This document shows positions 10,387 to 19,199 of a DNA stretch of 20,468 nt, piece after piece. Under the pieces are notes generated by a model. The model made no database searches. It saw only the letters and a program-made list of their open reading frames with translations, and had not been told where the DNA came from. This DNA comes from Raillietiella orientalis. Its lineage: Eukaryota. The first letter of the stretch is position 1. Each line of letters begins with the position of its first letter. The translations under genes were made by a program, and so were the position numbers. Location of the stretch: the NCBI GenBank assembly GCA_036172245.1, contig JAYWIR010000055.1, forward strand, positions 930,001 to 950,468, written 5' to 3'.

Positions 10387-11632
10387 ATGGCCAGTACACA
10401 GGATATTGTGGAGGAGCAAGTCACTGGATGCACTTCAGCTGCACTTGAAGTGGCCGCATCCTCCGTAATAATTTCCTCTCCCTCGGTGAGGAGTTACGCC
10501 GCCGTTACCTCCCAAAGACCAGGACCCTGCGATGCGGAGTTCCAGGCTTATGTGTCATCAGGATACATGCCTGCACTCCGTTATAAGGTCAGTGGGCCCC
10601 TCAACGGAAGAATCGGTCGTGAACTCAATGATGAGCTCCTCCAGATCGGCGTTTGCGAGGAGGAACTCCTTGCCATAATGCCTGCTGGCAGGATGGAATA
10701 TACGAAGATTCGGTGCAAGAACGCAGCACTTGTGCAGCGCCTTCTCCGTACGCCGTTGACCATCAATGGCAAGGAAGTCCTACCTACCGCGATGGACGAC
10801 TCTTTTGTTGTTCAATTGTGCGACATCGAACCGGAAATCTCCGACCGCGATGTCGTAAGTGTGCTTGCGAAGTTCGCCAGCGTGCACGCTCTGTGGAGGA
10901 GGCCAAATCCTCTAATGGATTTCCCCTCTGTCCACATTGGACAAGCCTCCGCGCGGATCACCGTCGCGAACAGGCGTGTTGTGCCTGAGCAGCTGCAGGT
11001 GAACGGCAAGGTCGTTCACCTGTGGTTGATAGGCCAGACTCGCGCGTGCGAGCAGTGCGGAAAGGCTGGGCACCGAATTAAAGAGTGCCCCTCTCAAAGA
11101 TGCCGCTATTGCAAAGATTCCGGGCAAGAAATCAAAAAGTGCCCGGTACCTGCAAGAAAAAGAGCCGCAGCGGAAATTCGTCGGGTTCAAGAGACCACTG
11201 CACGAAAAGCCGCAGCGGTAAATAAAAAACGTCGTCCGCGAAAACTCGGAAAAAGCAACGAGCAATCCGCGGATGAAAAGAAAGCATCCCCGCCCGCAAC
11301 GCCCCGAAAGGGGAAAGTCAGGGCGGGAAAGCCAATTAAAAAGGGGCGCGAGGGTTTGACGCGTGCCGTGCACTCCCTCGCTGCCGATCTCGCAGGCACC
11401 TCTCCGAGACAGGAACCAGGAAATCTCCGTAACACCCTGGAGAGAAAAGGTAGGAAAACATGAAGATCGCAACAGTGCGAAGACTTCTTGTCCCGTTCCG
11501 TTGTCCCTTCCGAGTTGCGTTGAGCCTCACTGCAGCGCAGCCCCCTCTGCAAAGGCTATGAAAGCCGTCAAAAGCAGGGTCGCGACGAGCAAAAGCACGC
11601 TGCATGCAGTCGCCCCATCGCCGACTCGGCAG
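10387..11632 (+). pseudogene. E5: LINE ORF1 (gag-like, RRM-like + two CCHC knuckles), part left of the L-B insertion
   Basis: 358-aa ORF 10387-11463 with CEQCGKAGHRIKEC and CRYCKDSGQEIKKC (H to Q), homologous to E6/E7 (GYxPALxYKV, CK..A.VQ.LLR.P). An overlapping open frame 11360-11632 suggests a frameshifted basic C-terminal extension. The 5' UTR starts at about 10252. Confidence 0.85.
11618..11632 (+). repeat. Target-site duplication of L-B, left copy (TCGCCGACTCGGCAG)
   Basis: Exact 15-bp match to 17218-17232, directly adjacent to the TTTT (A-tail) end of L-B. Confidence 0.92.
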
Positions 11633-11670
11633 TTTTCCCCAAGTCCCACGTGGGATGAGGTAAATTTATT
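11633..11670 (-). terminator. L-B 3' end: AATAAA, GC-rich hairpin, A4 tail
   Basis: Minus strand reads AATAAA-TTTA-CCTCATCCCACGTGGGACTTGGGG-AAAA and contains the perfect palindrome TCCCACGTGGGA (11644-11655). Confidence 0.7.
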
Positions 11671-11773
11671 TTTCTAAAATTTTTCCATAAAAACATTCAC
11701 ACTACAATCTCATCCATACCATTAGCACTTTTTTTACCACTATGAAGTCCTTGGGTTCTCACAAGTTCTGCAC

Positions 11774-14700
11774 TCATGGTGGGTTTCCTGCTGTTTGGTC
11801 CCGGGTTTCGTCTTCTATCCTCTTCAGGATGAATCGGTACGTCCAGGCTTGGATTTTCCCACAGTTTCTAATGCCGATTTCCCTCTTCAGGAGCCCTTGT
11901 AGGATCTCCATCGGTGGTGCGGCTCTTCTGGCTTTCCTCATTTTCCACCACCGCACAAGTATGGCGGTGATGAAGAGGGCGATGGTCGTCCTCACCATGG
12001 TATTGTAACAGGGAACATTACCATCCCCCTGAAACATCCCGGCGAGGATCTCCATTACGGATCTGCTCGTGAGTCCGATGATCCTTTTCAGGATCAGGCA
12101 GTCATGCAGCAATGTGGGACACGTCAAGACGTGAAGTCTCGTGTCGATGTCTCCACATGCTGCGCAGTCTCGGTCTTCCCGTCTTCCTGTGAAGTGCTGC
12201 AATCGGGACCCACTCTGGATTCCTCCATGATAAAACATCAGGAGGTCATCCTGGCTGCCCGGCGTAAGGTCACTCCTCCAGAGCGTCGTGCCTATCGCTA
12301 GCAGGTTGATCCGGTCACTTCCTAAGCGATCGGCGGCTTCCTGGAGGGCACTGGTGTCACGGTCTTTCCGAATTAATCTTCGGAGGTTTGTTTTGAATAT
12401 CCTGGACCACGCGAAGTCGTTGTGGTTGATCCACACCTCGCGGGTCATGTGGGTAAACCTTCCTAACATCATCTCTATATACCTAAGTATACGAGTGTGA
12501 TGTAGGTACCCTCCTCGTTTACACTCCTGGATTCGTTGTAGGGTAACTCTGGACCGCTAGTGGATCCAGCTTCTCGTGTCCGGCGGGACAGGAAGCATCC
12601 AAGTGATCACCAGGATGGACTCGTCCTGCCAGAGTTCCCTACTTCTCGGCACGATCTTGAATTTGTGCTTTCGCACAAGCCGTTGCTTCCTCTTCCAGGT
12701 GGGGCGATTTTTTTCCATTCGCCTGCTCGGCCTAGCAGCGCAGTCATCAGAACTTTCGAGTTGTTCAACAACAACGCGTAGGCCCTGTGCGCCGCATACG
12801 GCCAGTCATCCTAGTGAGTGGCAATGTCCAGGATGTGTCGCGTATTCATGATTTCTATGGAGTTTGCAAGCGACTTCATCCCGGAAGCGCCTTCTTCCTT
12901 GGGACGACACAGGGGTTTTAGTCGAACTCTTGGGCGACAGTGGCCCCACAGTGTTTTCTTCTGCAGCTTGTCAAACTCCCTCGTGGTGTCCTTGTTGATC
13001 CTCGCGAAGGCCGCCCCGAAGAGCACTTTTGGAAGGAGTACTCCGTTCCATATGTTGGCCTTTTGCTTCATTCCAAGGTCCGTTCGGGTGTACTTGGCTG
13101 CTTCCTTGGCCGTTTTCCCGAGGATCTCGGTCCACAATAGCTTCGACGCGGAGACGTTGCCAATGTAGACACCCAGGTACTTGGCCGTGTCCACCGTTCG
13201 GAATCCTCTTCCCGCTAGAGCGGAGAGATCGAGGATTCCAACGAGCAAGAGCTGGCTTTCCTGGGCGTTGATCTTTAGACCGAGGCCTTGATCCATCAGG
13301 TCTACCACATCCAGAAACGCTCGTTGATTTCTCTCTCCCTTCATAAAGAAGAGTAGATCATCAGCGTATGCCAGATGGGTAAGACGCTGGCCATCGATTG
13401 TTATGCCTTGCAGTCGTCCGCTCTTCTCGATAAAGGACGACAACGCCTCCATGTAGATGACGAACAGCATCGGACTTAGCGAAACGCCCTGCCGGACTCA
13501 CCGTTCCATCCGGATTGCTGCCGTCTCCTGGCCGTTGATTTTGATTCGGCAGTACTGGTTCTGGAGTACCACCCTCACGAAATTGCTGAAGTGTTCGGGA
13601 AGGCCTAGCTTCTGCAGAACTTTCAGCAGCATCCCATGGTCGATGGAGTCGAAAGCCTTCTCCATGTCAGTGAACACCAGCGCCAGGTTGTCGCCGACGT
13701 ATCGGCTGAGTCCGACGGTGGCCTGGGCACACTTGACATTGTCCGACATGTGACGTCCAGGGACTGCACACGTTTGAACCGGAGAGATGAGCTTCGACAT
13801 GACCCTGCCTAAGCGGTTGGACCAGATCTTCGCCAACCACTTAGCATCGGAGTTCAGGATTGAGATTGGCCTCCATTGAGCCATCTGGATTGGGTCGCCT
13901 CCTTTCGGCAACAATCTCATCCTACTCTCGTAGAAGGACTCAGGTAGTCTTCGTTCACGGATGCAGAGGGTCAGCTGGTGGAACAAGCGCAAGTAGGCAT
14001 GCAAGTACCGCTGATAGTGCGTGATGGGTACACTGTCAGCGCCCGCCGCCACATCCTTGCGCAGTTGTCCAAAAGCAGTCTTCACCTCGTCTTCGGAGAA
14101 TTCCTCCTCCAATCTGTTACGCTGGAGATCGTCGGTGCTCTTCTCGAGATAGCTCAGAAAGAGTTGTTGACTAAAGCGACAGAGATGTTGTCGCCTAAAG
14201 TGTTTCGTGTAATGCCTTTGAAAGGCATCCACGATGTCCTCAGACGACTGTCGCTTTTAACCGTCGTACTGGATGCAGAAGATATCTGTTGCCAGATTTC
14301 TCTTCTCCAGCACGCCGACTTCCCCTTTTATGTTATTGAGGACGTACCGACTCTCGTACTGATCGAAGTACTTTGAGAGGGAGCGATCTTGGATGTTCAG
14401 CTCCCGGTACGCCTCTTGCCTCAAGCGCCTATCCCCGAATTGCATATTTGCAAATAGGTGTATCCTGTGTTTCAAGCTGTCCCAGTCGGCAACTCTTCTG
14501 ATTTCTGTGGTCTTCAGAATCGTATCCAGGAACTGCTGATGTCCAGGATGTGTCTCGAACCAGGCGGGCATGCTGATGAACGCCGCCCTGGTGCCTTGCC
14601 TCCGCCGAGGATTCTCCGTTCTTAGGGAAAACCGCACCAGGGGGTGATCGGACACCGTGGTCATAATGTCTCGAAAACCCTGGATGCGATTCCCAAGTTC

Positions 14701-15285
14701 GGTGCTGTGGAGGACGTGATCGATCGGCTTGTGACTTGCTGTTCGCCAGACCAGTCCGAACTCCTCGGATAGCCGTCGATACGCCGTCCTTCCTCTGGCG
14801 TCTTCCGAATGAATGATCTCATCCAAGATGTTGAGATCGCCAGCAACTATCACGACGTCCTTAGGGGCGACCTTTTGCCGGAGTGTTGCATGCAGCGCCT
14901 CCGCACAACGATGTTTTAGCCTGTGCGGCCCGTACACGTTCACCAGGATAAGGTGAACAGTCGCGGACCAGGCCAGTCGCACGCCGATGATTCGTCCGGG
15001 TTGGGGACAGAACACTTCCAGAATAGTGGGGGCTAAGTTGTTCTTTATTAGCACCGCCACACCCTTCGTGTTCCGTTCTCCTTCGTTGACGAACATCTGC
15101 CCGTTGAATCGCCGTTCTATTCGCTGGCTTATCTCGAGACCCATCCTGTGGGTCTCCTGCAGGCACACGATGTCTTGTTGTGCGATGGTCCGCACAATCC
15201 TTCTTCTTTTTCCCTGGTCGACCACACCGTTTACGTTCCAGGAGGCGATGTTCATCCTCCTGGCGGTCGATAGGGAAGAGGCCAT
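11774..15285 (-). pseudogene. L-B ORF2, APE endonuclease + reverse transcriptase + C-terminal CCHC (zf-RVT-like)
   Basis: APE motifs SWNVNG, CLQETH, NVYGP, AGDLN, IDH, SDH. RT motifs LLPKGG, WRPISILN, DMEKAFD, R*VRQG..LSP, YADD (13368-13357), KYLGV. Zinc finger CAACGDIDTRLHVLTC. Lesions: TAA 14257, TGA 13498, TAG 12811, one frameshift near 12700, TAG 12557. Confidence 0.95.
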
Positions 15286-15298
15286 AAAAGGGGAAGAC

Positions 15299-17086
15299 CT
15301 ATTTTTTGGCCTTCCTGAGCTTCTTCTGTCTGAGAGAGCGTGCTCTTCCAGACAATGAAGAAGCAGCGGGCTTCTCGCTGCCGGCGTCACTCTCTGTTCC
15401 GGTGAGGTCGGTTACTTCCGCCTCCTCCGTCGAGTGTTCGGCCCGCGCGATCAATTTTCGAGATAGCGCCTCTATCTCGACCTTGGCGCAGAAGTTCGCC
15501 TTCACGTCGAGAAGCTGTTCCTCTAACTTCTCGCGTTCAGCGACCTCCACCACCTGGTTGATGTTCTCTTGTGCAGTGCAGATCTTCTGCAAGATTTTCT
15601 CTTGCTGAGGACCGCTCTGCACCTCCATGATCTCCTCCGCCAGTGTTGCCAACTCCTCCGTAGTCTGCAGAGCCTCCTGCGACACTTTAGTGGCTTCCTG
15701 TCTCTCTTCCTTCGCGCCTTCCTGCGCTACCTCCATCTTCTCGCCTTCTTGCTCTTCACCTTCCAGGATAAGAGGGGTTTCTTGCTCCTTGACGAGCATC
15801 CTCCTCTTTCCTTTCTTCCCTACTTGTATGAAGCCGTCTTCCGATACCGGGACGGCTTCTTTCACCTTCTTCGGCCTTCCTGCCTTCTGAGGCTGTTCCG
15901 CCTCCTTGGTGTTTCTCTCTCTCACGGGAGACAGACCTCGAATCCTTCTGCAGTTTGCAAACTCCGGACAGCTCCATTTGGCATGTCTGTGTTTCTTGCA
16001 GAAGGAGCACACCTCCGGCTGCGGGCAGTTTCGGACTTGATGTCCTACTTTGCCGCAGCGGAAACGACGACACGTTGGGCAAGCGCCTGCCCTGTGGCCG
16101 AACTGCTTGCACCCGGTGCAGAATACCGGTTGTTGGCGGTAACGCACGTTCACTCCCTGGGATTGTTCGTCAAGAACGGCTAATCCAGGGATCACAGCTC
16201 CCTCTTTCAACTTCATTTTGGCAATCATGTCGCCAGAAAACATATTTCCAGAGAATTTCTGGAATTCAAGGTCCAGAACTTCCCCATACTGCTCCAAAAA
16301 GTTTCACACCGTTAGTTGCGGTGTGAGGATGGAGATGCCGTTCAGAAAGACGGTTGTGTATGGCATCTCGCCAATACCACAAACCATCCTCCCTTGTATA
16401 TTGATCCCCTTCTGGATCAATCGCTCTCTAATATTTTCACAGTCTGTGAAGACTTTGAACCCGTTGTTTGCTGGTATGATCGCCTGTATGCGATCAAAAT
16501 TCATGTCCGTTTTATCGAGGGACAGATACACCTACCAGATATTATTGAATTTGATCAGCTTATTCTTGAAAATGATGGGCTTCACATTCGGCCCTAACTC
16601 CACGATTGGCCGATCCACCTTTTGGACTTTGCCGCATAGCGGTTTCCCGAATTTTCTTGGTGCGTGGACACTCGCTTCTCCAGCCGCCACCGACGCAAAG
16701 GAAAAGGGCTGCGCCGCCGCAGCCTAGCAAGATGGCGTCTCGCCCTGCACCGCGTGGACGCCCGCGGGTCCTGCCTGGGACGCCGCCGCCGCGAGCGCAA
16801 CCCTCGACGTCGCCACCGTTGCCGCCGCGGGCGGCACACTCGGCATCGCTGCCGCAATCGCGACCTTCCCCGCCGCGGGCACGATCCTCGGCGTCGCCGC
16901 CGCGGGCACGACCTCCGCCGTCGTCGCCGCGGGCACGACCCTTGGCATCGCCGCCTCCGCCGCAGCAAAGCCCGCCGCGGGCGCGATCCTCGGCATGCCT
17001 GCCACCGCCTCGCCTTTGCCGCACGTTACCTCCATGGCTTCCATGGGGGACGACGGTCTCTCCACTCCTCCTCCAGGTGCCTGCAT
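15299..17086 (-). pseudogene. L-B ORF1, gag-like nucleic-acid-binding protein (about 595 codons): Ala/Pro-rich N-terminus, RRM-like region, three zinc knuckles, Glu/Lys-rich C-terminus
   Basis: Track ORFs 16724-17200, 16304-16531 and 15299-16297 share one frame, broken only by TAG (16724), TAG (16532) and TGA (16304). Knuckles: CTGCKQFGHRAGAC, (C)RRFRCGKVGHQVRNC, CSFCKKHRHAKWSC. The start ATG at 17086 is inferred. Confidence 0.88.
16775..17000 (-). repeat. Degenerate GC-rich coding minisatellite in L-B ORF1
   Basis: Recurring GCCGCGGGC(A/G)CGA(T/C)C units encoding PRIAPAA, PRVVPAA, AEVVPAA, PRIVPAA, PSVPPAA, SRVALAA. Confidence 0.8.
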
Positions 17087-17204
17087 CCTAGCAGCTGGTC
17101 TTGCTGCACGGGACGACTGCAGGTCTTCCGCCGTGATTCCCTCGGCGCTTCTTTTGTAGTTTCGTCTGGAAACTTCCCCTCTCCGGGCACACACGAGCAC
17201 AATT

Positions 17205-17210
17205 AACTGA
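17205..17210 (-). promoter_or_regulatory. Initiator-like TCAGTT at the 5' end of L-B (internal Pol II promoter start)
   Basis: Matches the TCAKTY initiator consensus and lies 7 nt inside the right TSD. Confidence 0.55.
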
Positions 17211-17217
17211 TTAATCG

Positions 17218-17232
17218 TCGCCGACTCGGCAG
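17218..17232 (+). repeat. Target-site duplication of L-B, right copy (TCGCCGACTCGGCAG)
   Basis: Exact match to 11618-11632. Removing L-B and one copy rejoins the reading frame ...AVAPSPTRQ|ERSNLPDVKKLTP... Confidence 0.92.
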
Positions 17233-17727
17233 GAGAGGAGCAATCTCCCGGATGTCAAGAAGTTGACTCCGTTGCCGCCTTTTAAAGGCGTGGCGAAAGC
17301 AACGCTCCCAGAGAACGCCGCGAAAATCCCGAAGGTTTCCGCAACTACTGTCGCGGAAGCCTCCGAAAATCGCGAAGGCGAACGGAAGGTTGTGGAGAGG
17401 AGGAAAGAAAAATCTCCGAAAAAAGCTTGGCAACATCCATCCCTGAGCTCTTTCAAAGGAAAAAGCAGTCGCGCGAACACGAAGACACGCGCGGCTTGTG
17501 CCTCTTTCCAGGAAAAAGCCAGCGCCTTCAACGCGTGCAAGTCCGCTTCTGTGACCGCCGAGAAGTGCATTCCGGTGCAATCGGACGGATGCAAGCGCAC
17601 TCGATCGTGCGAGCATCAGACTCTGCAAAGGAGTCCGATAGCGCCGCTGAACGACGCGTTATTCGCGCGGGAGCGAGCGCCCGCAGGGCTGAAGCCTTGA
17701 GGCGTGACACACTCGCCGCGGAACGGC
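17233..17727 (+). pseudogene. E5 continuation right of the L-B insertion (Lys/Ala/Ser-rich ORF1 C-terminal region)
   Basis: In frame with 11363-11632 through the TSD (SPTRQ-ERSNLPDVKKLTPLPPFKG...). TGA at 17698-17700, then cut off by the E6 5' end. Confidence 0.7.
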
Positions 17728-17768
17728 GAGTGCTCACCCCGGACCTGCAGTGAGAGGACGTGTTTTTT
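17728..17768 (+). promoter_or_regulatory. E6 5' end: Inr-like GAGT with DPE-like GGACGTG at +28
   Basis: A at 17729 and GGACGTG starting at 17756 give +28 spacing. The motif is shared with the other E copies. Confidence 0.5.
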
Positions 17769-17837
17769 TGGTGCTGCCGAAAATCTTTTTTTGCGAGTGT
17801 TTGCGGTATTTTGTGGAGCGGTTGTTCCTGGGCAGCA

Positions 17838-19094
17838 ATGTCCGAGGACACCGCCAACACGGCGGAGGGGGGCCAGCGAGCCTCGTCCCCTCAACCCATG
17901 GATGTTGGGGCCAACACCCCCCCGGATTCGTCCCCCGCCCCGGCGAGGGCTTGGAGCGCGGTGGTGGCGGCGCCTACGCCGCCCCCCGCAGTGGAACAGC
18001 GGGCGTACATGGCCGACGGATACAACCCGGCCCTCCTGTACAAGGTAGGTGGCTTGTACTCCCCCGCGGTATTGCGGTCGTTCGCGGACGAATTTAAGAA
18101 ATTGAAAGTCCCGGAGGACGAAGTCCTCGGGCTTTCAGTGCGAATTGGCGGGCAGCTGGTTGAGCTGAACTGCAAGTCTGCAGGGATGGCTCAGCAGCTG
18201 CTGCGCCTGCCGGTGACCGCGAACGGTCGAAGAATCTACCCGTTCACGGCGGACAACTCCATCGTTGTCCACCTCACCGGCATCACAGTGCGAATGGCAA
18301 AGACCGCCGTTCGCGAATCTTTAGAGCAATACGGAACCGTCAACGCGTTGTGGGCGAAACCCAATGTCCTGGGTTACACCAGGGCTTTTAGTGGGTACGT
18401 CGCTGCGCGCGTGAGAGTCCGTGCCGAGGGTGGGCTACCCCACAGACTGCAGGTCGGGGAGGAGTAGATCGACCTGTGGTATGTGGGGAAACCCGTTTAC
18501 TGCGGCTTTTGCCAGGTGTCCGAACATTTAAAAAAGAAATGCCTCAACATCGTGTGCTTGGGCTGTGGGGAGAAGGGGCACATCAGGCGGATGTGCCTAA
18601 ACCGAAAAAGGTCCGTTCCGTCAGGCGCGAGGAAGGAAGAGACGCCGAAGGAAAAGGACCGAAGCCAACAACTGGCAGGATCCCGCCCTGCCGACCAACC
18701 CGCTGCTCAGCCATCCTCCAGCGAACAACCAGCTGGAGAAAGCGCCGAGAACGAGGAAGGTTGGCAGAAGGTGGTGAAGAAGAAGAAGGCCCCCGTCAAG
18801 GAGGTAAAAAGAATTAACAAGGCGGCTTCGAAGGAGCAGAAGCCGGCAGTCCGCGCTTGTTCAGTGAAAATCGCAAGAGCCGTGAAGAAAGTAACGGTGA
18901 ACGCGATTGATACCGTCGTATTGGAGCCGATCGTGCCCGCAGTGATGTCACCATCAGCTGAAGAGAATGCCGCTCCGGCATTGCCAGCGAAGGACGTCTG
19001 CGCGGCGGTCTATGAAGCCGTCCCCGTCGCGCCTGCGCCGATCGTCGGTGCGGAAAGCGATGAGGCGGCGCGTATCACAGAAGCGACTTTCGCG
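17838..19094 (+). pseudogene. E6: LINE ORF1 with one premature TAG, interrupted by E7 (element starts at about 17728)
   Basis: MSEDTANT... aligns colinearly with E7. TAG at 18465-18467 corresponds to TAC in E7, and the frame resumes with IDLWYVGKP, CGFCQVSEHLKKKC, CLGCGEKGHIRRMC. Confidence 0.9.
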
Positions 19095-19128
19095 CAGTCC
19101 GTCACCGCGGTGAGTGGACGTGTTTTTT
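19095..19128 (+). promoter_or_regulatory. E7 5' end: CAGT ... GGACGTGTTTTTT
   Basis: CAGTCCGTCACCGCGGTGAGTGGACGTG aligns to the E6 5' end with a net 7-nt shorter spacer; the motif starts at 19116. Confidence 0.5.
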
Positions 19129-19199
19129 CGGTGCTCCGGAAAACCGTCTGTTTTTGCTGGTGTTTGTGGGTTTTTCAGCGCGGTTGTTCCTGGGCAGAA

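Larger units (their letters stand above)
11633..17217 (-). mobile_element. L-B: full-length non-LTR retrotransposon (LINE, L1/Tx1-like, two ORFs), inactivated by nonsense mutations
   Basis: ORF1 with CCHC knuckles, then a 13-nt spacer, then ORF2 (APE endonuclease, RT, C-terminal CCHC). Flanked by identical TCGCCGACTCGGCAG at 11618-11632 and 17218-17232. AATAAA (11670-11665) and AAAA (11636-11633) at the 3' end, TCAGTT near the 5' end. Clade assigned from architecture only. Confidence 0.95.

Noticed and set aside
10252..10419. N-terminal part of the 440-aa track ORF 9097-10419 as ORF2 sequence
   Set aside because: It is the antisense of the E5 5' UTR and start; real endonuclease homology is in another frame and ends at about 10250.
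6846..15285. Prokaryotic RT systems (retron, group II intron, DGR) or LTR retroelements
   Set aside because: Both RTs are fused to an APE endonuclease and a C-terminal CCHC, which is diagnostic of LINEs; no protease, RNase H-integrase or LTRs seen.
16560..17206. Arg-, Gly- or Pro-rich overlapping ORFs, and a CRISPR-like reading of the repeats
   Set aside because: Off-frame and antisense shadows of a GC-rich coding minisatellite; no constant repeat with unique spacers and no cas genes.
17680..17760. Self-cleaving ribozyme (HDV-like or hammerhead) at the E6 5' end
   Set aside because: No complete CUGANGA/GAAA core or nested double pseudoknot could be built by eye; an Infernal or RNArobo search would settle it.
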